64,000 nucleotides of DNA from an uncultured Chloroflexia bacterium (lineage in GTDB: Bacteria > Chloroflexota > Anaerolineae > Anaerolineales > Anaerolineaceae). Below, piece by piece: positions 40,199 to 50,998 of this stretch. The stretch spans positions 19,526-83,525 of the forward strand of contig CAVYEQ010000006.1 of NCBI GenBank assembly GCA_963767675.1. The letters run 5' to 3'. A program made the translations under genes and the position numbers. How positions within the stretch are numbered: the stretch's first letter is position 1; each line of letters begins with the position of its first letter. Below the pieces are notes generated by a model, which made no database searches, was not told where the DNA came from, and saw only the letters and a program-made list of their open reading frames with translations.

Positions 40199-43163
40199 AT
40201 GGAGGAAATCATGCCGCATTTAATCCAGAATATTATAAGTAGTTATCAAAATTTTGATTGCAATGATGATGGGGATCCATCCATCATCAGCATGAGCTTG
40301 CTTAATTTTGAACAAGGGGGCGAGGTCATTCCACAAACCGGGCGAATGGTGCTCGTCCTGGTTAAATCCCGCCTGCTTCAATCCCTTGCTGGTGCTGAAG
40401 ATCTTCATTCGCGCCTACACCGTTTCAAGGGTGATCTGAGGGCTGAAGGATTCTTCAGCCGTTTTATAAAGGTTGACCTTTATCAGGGCCAGCAGCACCA
40501 GGATGGGCGTACGCTATTAGCGCTTCGCAACTTTCTTAGAGTGATCAATAACGCGTTCCCTAAATTCCAGGGCGTGATCCTGGTTGGTTCATTCCCTGAA
40601 GCCACGCTGGTTCGACGTACGATCTGGCGTCCTTCATTCAATAAAACCATTGCTGGTGTTGCATACCAGAATACGCCTTACCTCGCAATAGAGCCTGAAA
40701 TGATCGCACCTCGCAGCGAAATTGTGCTTGCAGATCTAAGCGGCCGCTGGGAAATGCTTTACCATCAGGATGAGACTGAAATTGATTCGATTGTGGCCCT
40801 GCCAGATAATGCCACTGCTGGCACGCAATGGCCTGTTGACGGCGCTGTCTTCTCATCCACTAAATTTAATCACACAACGACAAAGTATCGTGATTTCTTC
40901 TATATTAACGACAGCGACTTCGCCATACTGAATTCACCTGCAGGGCAACTGCGGCTTTTCATTCGTCACCGGCAGTTGTGTCCTGAGCTGGGGGCTGCTG
41001 ACCGCAACCTTCCGAACCCAATCTCCCGGCCTGACATTCTTGTATCCCGCATCAACGCCCGTCATATTGCAGTCAATCCTGATCCCAGCATCATCGGTGA
41101 TAATGGTGTCAATCCACTTGATGCAAATGGTTTACCCCAGAGTTTCACGAGCGCACAAAATTATGACACCTGGTTGGGGTTCTTCCGTCATGATCCGGTA
41201 TTGGAGCGGCGAGTTTTGGCTGACTATTTCGATCTTAACCCATCGCTTCAGGATCGGCGGCTTTTCGAATCTCATATTCCGTGCAGGCGCGATTGGCCAC
41301 TCATTTGGTGCGCCTTCAGGATATTTAGCACCCGCATCAAGCGATTTTGCAGCACCCCTCGAGAAAAGCAATGCCACTGTCCTTGACTATGTTAAATGGT
41401 TCAAAGAGCCGGCAGTTTTGCGCTGTATTCAGGCGCATTCAAGTGCATACAGCACGCAGTTAGGAGGCAATTACAGCGCGGCTGACCTGGAAAACGAATT
41501 GGGAGGTCACCCATTTCGCTGGCGGCACGTGGGGAATAATTACACACCCAGCCTGAATGATCAGGGGGTTCACGCAGATTTCTATATCCATCGCACAGCC
41601 TGGCAGAATGATCAGCTCGATAACACCGGCGCGAACCTGGTCATTCATGGCGGATGTGAAGTGAACGTGCCAGCCAACACGCAAACAAAAACTTACTACC
41701 AGGAAGGATATGCTGGCTGGCAAAATGCTGAAGGGCTGATGTTCTATATGAATGGTGTTGCCTTGATCGCACGGGCGAAAGTCTTCAACGATCTTCCAAC
41801 AGGTTTCCCCGGCGCATTTGCGCTGACCTCGCGAGCAAGGTTTGGTGATGGGTGGCGTGCGTTTTATGATAATGACGCAGCGGACAACAACCTTGGCACC
41901 TTTGGTAAAGCCATTCGAGCAAAGAAAGCCTATTTCTGGAGTATGATAGGCGACTGGTCGGTACGGCTGCGCTACCGTGGAGGCCTTGGGATCCTTGGTT
42001 TTGATCCCCAGTTCAAGGCGCTCCATGTGCATGCCAATCGTGCCTGGATTGATGGTTGGAACTTTGACACCACCATGAACGGCGTCCGGGGATCTGGCGA
42101 CATGGATGGTGATGGGCGTGCGGAATTCGTGATCACCAGCAACTGGGGGATGGGTGTCCTCAAACATGATGGGAATCGCTGGCGCCAGATGGTGGTAGCT
42201 CCCAAGGATACCTGGTTTGGCGGATGGCGATATAATGCCAGCGTTAATGTGGGAAAGGACCGGCATAAGGGCGTTTGGAACTTCATTGGCGGCTCAGCAC
42301 AGGAGATTTTGCTGATCAGTTCCTGGGGGATCGGCATTCTGGCTTGTTCCGGCAATACGCTGACCTCTCCTGTCATTCAACCCAACGGGACTCGTTTTGG
42401 AGGATGGCTGTTTGATTCGCGTGCCAACCAGATTGCCGGGATCGGCGATATGGATGGGGATGGCCGTGATGAGATCGTGATCATCAGCGATTGGGGGATT
42501 GGCGTGCTCAGTGCTGTGAATAATACCTTTACGACCAATATGCTGGCACCGAACGGCACTCGTTTTGGCGGTTGGTTGTATCAATCACGACAGAATCATA
42601 TCCATGCCCTGGGTGATTTTGACGGGGATGGACACAAAGAGATCCTCATCACCAGCGATTGGGGCATTGGGATCCTGAAGCTTTCTGGAAACAACCTCAC
42701 TTCCATTGCTATGCATGCTAACGGCAGCAACCTTAATGGCTATACGGTTAACACAAATACATCAAGGATTGCAGTAGTAGGTGATCTGGCTGGCGATAGC
42801 CATGATCGAATTCTTATTACCGATGGTAATGGGCTGCATGCGCTGAAATTGGATTCCGGTACGCTCAAGCGGGATGTTTTCTGGGCGAATGGAGATCGGA
42901 TTGGGGGTTGGCTGCTGAATACTGCAGACAATCTCATTCGCTTTGTTGGTGATCTTGATGGTGATGGCCGGGATGAGGCTGTCATCCGCAGTCCGTGGGG
43001 GGTGGGCGTCATCGGCCTGCAGGGTTCCATCTTCCGCTGCCTGACCTTGCATCCCTTTGGGTCGAAATTGGGTGATTGGGTCCTTGAGCGTAATAACAGG
43101 ATCGTCGCCGTGGATAACTTCTCTGGTTCGAACTTGAAAAAAGAACTGCTGATCCAGAGGTGA
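40199..43163 (+). CDS. Large protein: possible C25/caspase-fold N-terminal domain plus FG-GAP-like repeats; frameshift near 41238
   Basis: GVILVGSFP, PDILVSRI, QAHS, HGGC, IGDW; repeats NGTRFGGWL...GDxDGDGRDEI...SxWGIG. Confidence 0.75.
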
Positions 43164-43519
43164 TTGTTCAATAAAACCAATATCTAACCCTCCAGTTCTC
43201 GAACCCAACTTGATGGTTCCTTGAAATCTGGAGGGTTTCATTCTCACAATGTATTATTAGATCTTGAGTTTATTTCATGGGGAAAGATATTGAGTGAACC
43301 TCATTTAGATATCTTTCAAACATTATGGTGAAGGCGAACGCTGTGTAAACTAAGCAGGATTGTTATTACCATACCAGTATAGTGTATCTAGAATAGTGCA
43401 AAGAAGGGAATAGTGATACAATTCCGATTGCTTGGGAAGACGAAAAAAATGGAATCAATTAATTTGGGCTTTAAGTTTATGTAATACAGATAATTTTTGA
43501 AAATATTTAGGAGGAAATC

Positions 43520-44532
43520 ATGAGTGTAAAGGGGACAATGAGATCAATCATTGCAGCTCAGCGACGGGCTGAACGTGAAATCTTTAAAGAGACAACGTGA
43601 GTTAGAAAAACAACGAAAACAACTGGAAAAGATGGAAGAAATCGAGCGCGCAACATATGAGGTTGAAGTGTTTGATAATCATATCGATATTATTACTTCC
43701 ATCCACAAAGATTGCAGTGATCCATGGGATTGGAAAAAAATTAAGCCATTTAAACCACCTGTTAAACGAAGAAGATCAGATAAGTTTGAGAGCGCTGCAC
43801 GAGCTACTCTTGAAGCCTTTGAACCGAAATTAATCGATAAGATGACTTAATCGTTCTGAGTCAAAGCGCACAGAATTACAAAGAGATATCAAAAACGCGA
43901 TTTCCAGGGATGAGAAGGAATTTATTAAAGCCCTTGAGAAGTATGATGAAGAGTATACAGAGTGGGAATTAATTACTAACCTTGCGAATAGAATTCTTGA
44001 TGGGGATGAAGTTGCATACACTGAAGCTATTAGTCACGCAAATCCTTTTAGTGAAATTAGTCATCTGGGATCAACAATTAGGTTTAGCACTTCAGGGAAA
44101 CAACTCATTGAAGCTGAAATGAAAGTAAATAGCGAAGAAGTTATCCCTAACGAAGTAAAAACACAGCTAAAAAGTGGGAAACTCTCTGTTAAGCCAATGT
44201 CGAAGACAAGATTCTATGAACTTTATCAGGACTACATCTGTGGAGGGGTATTAAGGGTGGCTAGAGAATTATTTGCTTTGTTGCCTGTTGAATTTGTTAT
44301 CGTAACAGCAGTTGGAGAACTTCTAAACACAAAGACTGGATATTTAGATGAACAACCAATTTTATCTGTAATAATTCCTCGTGATACTATAAACCGGTTA
44401 AATTTCGATTTGTTAGATCCTTCAGACTCGATGGAAAATTTCAGTCATAATATGAAATTTTATAAGACTAAAGGATTTCAAGTAGTTCAAAAATTGTCAC
44501 CTTCTGATTTGCGTTCTTTTAAGGAAGAATAA
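43520..44532 (+). CDS. Coiled-coil protein resembling the non-nuclease region of Mrr-fusion/DUF4236 proteins; two frameshifts
   Basis: RBS GGAGG; LYQDYICGGVLRVARELFALLP...TG...PILSV...NF..LDP; AT-rich. Confidence 0.7.
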
Positions 44533-44601
44533 TCCTATGTTGCACAGACGATCTCAGTCCATCTTACAAATCAATCGAGTGAGACACAAAAAAGCGTAGA
44601 T

Positions 44602-45422
44602 ATGAATTCGGGAAAAGGAAATAAATCAGAGGAAAGGTTAGTCAATAATAATGTGATTTGTTATGAAGCTGTACCAACATTATATAAATTATGGAATCCT
44701 GTTATTGCATCTTCATCTAAGAGAAGTCCATTCACAGACTATGATACCCACTTGGATCTATTTGATTACATATCAGCATTAGATAATTTATTGAAACAAT
44801 TAATTTTGTCGATAAATCGTCTAAAGACATATTCTGATTCCGAACCAAGTAACATAACTATGGAATTTGTAAGTTATTACACATATAATTTTTTTGTGAG
44901 GATCAAAACTGCACTTGATATAGTCGCATTAATTCTTAATCTTGTGTTTTGTCTAGGTTTAAGGAATTTTTGTTGTGAAATAGAAGGAGAAAAATTTCAG
45001 AAAAGAATTCTAAAATTGTGTGGCAAGGATAGTATGCTACCTAAATTATTATCAACTATTAACGATAATTGGTTTAATGATTATGTGAAATTACGAAATC
45101 AGTTTGTCCACAGAGCTGGAATAAAATTCATAATTAATGGTATGGGTGGTTATCCAATCCATATAATCTTACCTCTTCCTGATAGAGCTTTTACGAAGAC
45201 TGATACACATATGGAAGACCCACTTAAAACTTTAAACCACTGTGTGATGATGATCCTTTATTGATGAAATTCTTGAAACAGATTGATTTAAAAAGCATCA
45301 CTGAATATTTTACAATCAATCCAATAACTCTTGAAACAGAATTATGGACACTTGCTACGAATAGTATTGAGTCGATATTAAAAATTAAGCAAAAACAAGA
45401 TATTAGATTATGTGATAAATAA
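44602..45422 (+). CDS. HEPN-domain protein (Cthe_2314-like); frameshift near 45255
   Basis: YNFFVRIKTALDIVALILN and R-x4-H motif LRNQFVHR; very AT-rich. Confidence 0.65.
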
Positions 45423-45608
45423 CAAATCAAAATGAATAAGTTTCCTATTTTATTTCATAAAAAGAGAAAGCTTACTTTAAATTTGTGGTAAGTTCAAAAC
45501 GCATAAAAAATGGTGGGCACAATTTCCTAGCCCACTCAATTTATTAAGTTTGTTTTCATAATCAACTTGGTTTTCGGTCGGGGTTCTCCGCGCACCCTAC
45601 GACTCAAA

Positions 45609-46443
45609 TCACCAGGTGCTTGATGAGCCTTCTGTGGATTCCGCAAACTGAAAAAATATGCTTGCATTTTCATCAAATGCAAATACTTCATACTCACCTT
45701 GAGAAGCTCTGCAAGCGATAAATCGCCGATGGGTGTAAAGGCACCGATCAGCGCATCAAACGTTTCCTCACTGCTCAACGTGCCCTTTTGATGGATCAAA
45801 CGCACAGAATTCACCAACAGGCTCCTCTAATTCATAGGTCATTAGGCAGTTTTCCGATCCTTCTTCACCCCCAATGGTTACGACCCCTAATGTTGTGCCG
45901 TCAGACCGAAGTGCGTACGGCACAAATCCAGTTTCTTTCGCAGCCAAAAAATAGGCATCAAAATCTCCCAGGAAGCTTGCCATTTCTTCTTCATTCATTT
46001 GCTTCACGGATTTGACTATCCCTGATTGAGATTTGATCAGCGTGTCCACCTGCACCTTGATGATCCCTTCAGGTGCCGCATAAGTGAGATATAAAAGGTT
46101 CTCACCGGCTTCCCTCCCGTACTCATAAGCGATGACAAACCCGGGCGGGATGAAAACCGTAAAATCAGCCCCTAACATGAAATCATAAACAGGTTCCCAC
46201 ATCGGGTTCATGACCCATTCCATACTGACAGATGGATCAATGGCGTTTGTGTTGAGAACATGATAGCCAGGGTCCTCAGTTTCGGTGGGGGTTGGTATCA
46301 CTTCAGTGGCGGGTTTCTGGCGTTGGGTCGCTTTGGTCGGCGGCGGTTGGTGTTGTTGAAGTTTGGCAGGCAGCCAGGGTGGTCAGGCATAATAGGAAAA
46401 TGAGTTTCCAAAAGTGGGGGGATTTCGCCAGATGACCGGACAT
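45609..46443 (-). CDS. Acidic lipoprotein paralog A (several frameshifts)
   Basis: RBS AGGAG; LAAC lipobox; NPMWEPVYDF...KETGFVPY...GSSSTW, collinear with 48378-49188. Confidence 0.72.
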
Positions 46444-46467
46444 GATTTTTCTCCTATATTGCTGTCT

Positions 46468-47164
46468 TCATTTGATTGCGTTGATTTTTTCTCTGACGAT
46501 CTGAACGGCGGTTTTCAGGTCCTCGTGGACGGTGAAAATTCCCGAGGTGCCGACCACCAGCACGTTCGCACCTGCTTTGACCACATCATCAAAGGTCCCA
46601 AAGTTGATCTGGCCGTCTACCATGATGTCAATGTCAAGGTTCTGCTCTTCGATCATGCTCCTCAAAGTCCTGATCTTATCGAGCATGGGATGGATGAACT
46701 TCTGCCCGGCAAAACCCAGGTCCACCGTCATCAGTGTCACCATCTGGACCTCAGGCAGCACATATTCGATCTCGGATAGTGGTGTGATGGGCATCAGGAC
46801 AATGCCTGCCTTTTCTGCCAGCTTTATGGATCTGCTCAACCGCCCTGAAGATGTGCGGTGTGGTTTCGAACTGCAGGCTGATGATATCCCCACCTGCATC
46901 GATAATTTCAGGGATGAAACTCGCAGGATCAACCAGGGTCAAATGGACGTCAAAGGGGATCTCGGTGAGGGGCCGGCAGGCTTTGATGATGTCGGGTGAT
47001 AGGGCGAAGTTATGTACATACACGCCATCCAGGATGTCCCAGTGAAGCATATCCACACCTGCTTCCGTTAGGATTTCGATATCCTTCCGTAAATTGGTCA
47101 GGTCTGCACAGATCATCGAGGGGCAAAGTTTGATTTTATAATTCACTTTATTCCAATCTATCAA
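46468..47164 (-). CDS. rpe: Ribulose-phosphate 3-epimerase family; frameshift near 46790
   Basis: PSMICAD, HWDILDG, DVHL, MTVDLGFAGQKF, VDG, GANVLVVG. Confidence 0.85.
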
Positions 47165-47461
47165 AAAGGGGACGTAATGGATGGTGAATAGCCATCATAT
47201 TGAGTCAAATGTCTCTCTGTTGAATCGTTTTGATTATATCATTGAGGGGAAGAAATACTGGTGGGTGGATCTCTACCACCATTTCCATCCAACACTTATT
47301 GGCGGAGATGCATTGCTCCATGTTCAGGTTAAGATCTCAATCCACCCTACTCCAAACCTTATACAACACTTGTAAAACAAACCATTTTTATGGATAATAT
47401 AATAAGAAAGAAATTTTATCTTAATAAAATAATTCAAGATATTAAACAAAGGAGTTTTTTG

Positions 47462-48253
47462 ATGGACGAAACAAAATTTAAAAAATTAAGAAGATTTAAC
47501 TTATTTATGGGTGCGCTGCACCTGGTTCAAGGCGTTGCCATGCTTTTCCTGGCAACCAGTGTCATTCAAACAATCGGTGAGTTCGCTCCCAAAATCACGC
47601 AGAATTTTTTGGCCTTCAATGTGGAAACACTTTCGCTAGAGTTGAATTCAAAAGTACTGTTCGAGCTGCCTTTCGGCGTGTTTGTGGCCGTGTTCTTGCT
47701 GCTCTCTGCCGTAGCCCATGCTATCATCTCCATTCCCAAAAAGACCAATGCCATCTACAACGCCGATCTTAAGAAAGGCATCAATAAATTCCGCTGGTTT
47801 GAATACGCACTCAGCTCATCGGTCATGATCGTATTGATCGCAACCCTTTTTGGGATCTACGATATAGCCTCCCTGATCCTTATTTTCGTCGTCAACGCCT
47901 CCATGAACCTGTTCGGTCTGGTCATGGAGCAGCTCAACTCTGGCACCGAAAAAGAAAGCGTCAAATGGGGTCCGTTTGTGTGGGGCACGATCGCCGGCCT
48001 CGCCCCCTGGGCCGCCATCCTGCTGTATATGTTCGGCAATGCCAATTTTGACATGGTCCCCTGGTTTGTTTGGGCCATCGTGGGTACTTATTTTGTCGCC
48101 TTCAACACCTTCCCCATCAATATGATCCTGCAGTATAAAGGCGTGGGAAAATGGAAGGATTACCTCTACGGCGAGCGAACCTATATCGTGCTCAGCCTGG
48201 TTGCCAAATCCATCCTGGCCTGGCTGGTGCTGTTTGGTGCGATGCAGCCCTGA
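47462..48253 (+). CDS. Heliorhodopsin
   Basis: LRRFN...LHLVQG, SAVAH, NKFRWFEYALSSS, GERTYIVLSLVAK retinal-binding Lys motif; 7 TM; RBS AAGGAG. Confidence 0.95.
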   Translation: MDETKFKKLRRFNLFMGALHLVQGVAMLFLATSVIQTIGEFAPKITQNFLAFNVETLSLELNSKVLFELPFGVFVAVFLLLSAVAHAIISIPKKTNAIYNADLKKGINKFRWFEYALSSSVMIVLIATLFGIYDIASLILIFVVNASMNLFGLVMEQLNSGTEKESVKWGPFVWGTIAGLAPWAAILLYMFGNANFDMVPWFVWAIVGTYFVAFNTFPINMILQYKGVGKWKDYLYGERTYIVLSLVAKSILAWLVLFGAMQP

Positions 48254-48283
48254 GGCTGACCTTTTCAAGAAATCAAGCATAAC

Positions 48284-48317
48284 AAAACCGCTTCTTTTGG
48301 TTGAGAAGCGGTTTTTT
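48284..48317. terminator. Bidirectional terminator
   Basis: AAAACCGCTTCT...AGAAGCGGTTTTTT between convergent genes. Confidence 0.8.
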
Positions 48318-48377
48318 CTTTTATTGAAAAATCGTGCGCAGGCTAGATCTGCACACCCTACGAATAAATGGTTGAAC

Positions 48378-49188
48378 TCACCAGGTGCTGGATGATCCTC
48401 CTTCTGGATCTGAAAACTGGAAAAACAGGCTTGAGTTGTCATCAAACTCATACACTTCATAATCGCCATTTATCAGGTCAGACAAGGAGGAATCGTCGAT
48501 GGGTGTAAATGCGCTGATCAACGCCTCAATAGACTCAGGGTAGCTTAATACATCCTTATCAGGATCAAAGGCACATAATTCACCGACATGGTCTTTCAGG
48601 TCCCAGTACATCAGGCAGTTTTCGGATCCCTCTTCACTTCCAATGGCTATCTGGCCCAATGTTGTGCCGTTGGATGTGAGGCTGTACGGCACAAAGCCAG
48701 TTTCTTTGGCAGTTTGGAAAAAAGCATCAAATTCAGCCAGGAAGCCCCGTATCTCTTCTTCACTCATTTGTTTCACGGATTTAATTTCTTCTGAACCGAA
48801 ACTGACCAGGGTATCCACATGCACCCTGGTAATCCCTTCAGGCGCTATATACAGGAGATATAAGAAGTTCTCACTGCCCGATTCTCCCGTACTCATAGGA
48901 TATGACAAACCCGGGCGGGATGAAAAGTGTGAAATCAACCGCCAAAGGAAAATCGTAAACAGGTTCCCACATCGGATTTTTGATCCAATCCAGGCTGACA
49001 GAGGGATCAATGCTGTTTTTGGCGAGCACTTGATAGACAGGCTCCGGAGTTTCGATGGGGGCTTGCGTTTGGGTTGGAACTGCCTCAGTCGCAGCATCAG
49101 GTGTTGATGAGGATTGGCATGCTGCCAGGGTGATCAGGAGGGTAAGTGTGAGGAGTGTCCATAGTAGAAGTGATTTTGAACGTATCAT
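48378..49188 (-). CDS. Acidic lipoprotein paralog B; frameshift near 48900
   Basis: LAAC lipobox; collinear with paralog A. Confidence 0.78.
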
Positions 49189-49379
49189 TTTTTTCTCCAG
49201 GATCTTCAAGTGTTCAAAATTGGTATTCATAATGATAATTCATTAATTGTATTGGGTGGGATAGTGAAATGGTTGAGCAGGTAACCACTGCTGATAAGGC
49301 AAGGATACCGGGCTGCTTTATCCAGCATGTTAATTATGATTTAGTTTCTGGGAGGGTGAGGATAAACAAATTCGATTGA

Positions 49380-49528
49380 GTTGGTGTCCTCAGTGCGTAG
49401 CCTCCTGAAAGGAACGCGAAGCATCCTGTAAGGAATCTAAAGCCTCCTACAAGAAACAAAACAAAGAGGGTGCCTGAGTTGGAGATCTTTGGTCAAAGAA
49501 TCAACCATGGTCAGGAGACCATGGTTGA
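49380..49528. repeat. REP cluster: GGTGTCCTCA plus three tandem 21-nt units; empty CCATGGTCAGGAGACCATGG
   Basis: Units at 49393, 49414, 49435; palindrome at 49501-49528. Confidence 0.85.
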
Positions 49529-49702
49529 TCTGAGAAATTCTTATTCTTGTTATGAAGGTATTTTGATGTACTCTACAATTGATTGATGACCAAAACTTAC
49601 AAATTCTGACATATTTTCATCGCATACATCTCGCAATTGGGATTGTCTTTTCTTCCAAAGCTACATTTTAATTTTGGTATCTGCACGGTATGTTAGAGAA
49701 TT

Positions 49703-49882
49703 TCAGTCGATATCTCTCTCACGTCGTTCTTGATGCTGTACAAAACACTTGTGTTCTGGATGTTGGCGTTTATGCTTTTTTAAATCCTCTTTTGCCTGGT
49801 ATTCAGCGGATCGCCAACTCCCCTTATCTTTACATGAATTACAGACTGCACGCCATAACGGACCAATATCTATTGTACTCAT
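49703..49882 (-). CDS. Small putative zinc-finger protein
   Basis: WRAVCNSC...W...HKRQHPEH; AT-rich single ORF between REP clusters. Confidence 0.5.
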   Translation of the reverse strand: MSTIDIGPLWRAVCNSCKDKGSWRSAEYQAKEDLKKHKRQHPEHKCFVQHQERRERDID

Positions 49883-50024
49883 TTGTTCTCTCAAAAAACT
49901 CGTTGGTGTAATTTCATCTATTATTCATTATAGAAGAAAATTATGTAATTTCAAGCGGTAACTTCTCAATATAATTCTAAATAGGAGGTTGACGTCATCG
50001 AAAAATCAATATCACTCATATTAT

Positions 50025-50142
50025 GTTTGTGACCTCAACGGTAAGCGTCCTTTAAGTGAAGGACCAGCGACAGGATGGAGACCTTCGGTTACTTCATTGC
50101 CCTGGTCCTTACAGGAGGCTACGCACTCAGGAGACCTGGTGT
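50025..50142. repeat. REP cluster with 21-nt unit
   Basis: CCTGG[TCCTTACAGGAGGCTACGCAC]TCAGGAGACC, insert at 50106-50126. Confidence 0.8.
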
Positions 50143-50161
50143 GATCTTTTAAGTAAGTGCC

Positions 50162-50770
50162 TTATGGGCTCATTGGCCAATTGAATCTTGTGTGACTATC
50201 TCCAGTTGGGGGGATGTCGTTCTGTGCAGCTGCAATGACGGTGTCTTCATCAATATCGAAAATCCCGGTGAAATCAGCCAGCCAATTTCCAGCAGAATCG
50301 GCTTTCACTCGCAGTTCCAGCGCTTCAGGGTCTTCGATCCACACCATGACTTCTGAACCGGGTTTGGCTGTGCCCTGGATCAGATCCTTTTCAACATCAA
50401 CCGTTTCAATGATCAGATCCTGGACCACATGGGTGACGGTCGTTTCGCCATCGGAGAGGGTGATGATATGTCCTGGGGCGAGATCCCAATCGCTGCCCGG
50501 GAAAAAATTGACAGAAATGTTATCCACTTCAGTCAACTGTGCTTCCTGGCTGTCATAATAATCTACGCCCGTGCCGTTTGAAGGGTCATCAATTTCGAGG
50601 GTGACTGTCGTATCAAGCGCCCAACCATTCCCAGCGATCTGGTCATCATAGTCATACTGCGGATGAGCAATGATGTGTTTTTCACCGGTGATTTCCTGAT
50701 CGATTTCCGCGGAACAGGCGGTAAAAATGATTAGAGTAATGAAGACTAATTTCAATTGATTAGGTTTCAT
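50162..50770 (-). CDS. Lipoprotein with Ig-like beta domains
   Basis: RBS AGGAGG; FTAC lipobox; GTAKPGSEV...ADSAGNWLADF. Confidence 0.8.
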   Translation of the reverse strand: MKPNQLKLVFITLIIFTACSAEIDQEITGEKHIIAHPQYDYDDQIAGNGWALDTTVTLEIDDPSNGTGVDYYDSQEAQLTEVDNISVNFFPGSDWDLAPGHIITLSDGETTVTHVVQDLIIETVDVEKDLIQGTAKPGSEVMVWIEDPEALELRVKADSAGNWLADFTGIFDIDEDTVIAAAQNDIPPTGDSHTRFNWPMSP

Positions 50771-50829
50771 GGGTCCTCCTGACGGTGTGTTTTTCGCGAC
50801 ATAGGAAGAGTATAGCATAATTAATTTTA

Positions 50830-50917
50830 TGGACACCAGCAAAAGATGGTGACCTTCGGTCATAGGGTCACCCACGGCCCTAAAGGAGGCTACGCACTCA
50901 GGAGACCACGGGTGAAC
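50830..50917. repeat. REP cluster with 21-nt-type unit
   Basis: GACCTTCGGTC...CACGG[CCCTAAAGGAGGCTACGCAC]TCAGGAGACCACGGGTG. Confidence 0.78.
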
Positions 50918-50998
50918 GAAGTTTATATTCACGTTTTATCAAAATCGCATTATGATTAGGTGGATAATCTAACATCGTTTCATATTGACAGAGGTCTG

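Noticed and set aside
41460-42266. Long antisense ORFs opposite real genes
   Set aside because: Shadow frames of well-supported genes on the other strand
2930-48905. Many frameshifted genes (feoB, mmdA, mmdB, pepF, rpe, lipoproteins) as pseudogenes or programmed frameshifts
   Set aside because: Scattered single-base indels, often in short homopolymers, with no in-frame decay and no shared slippery motif; best explained as long-read assembly error
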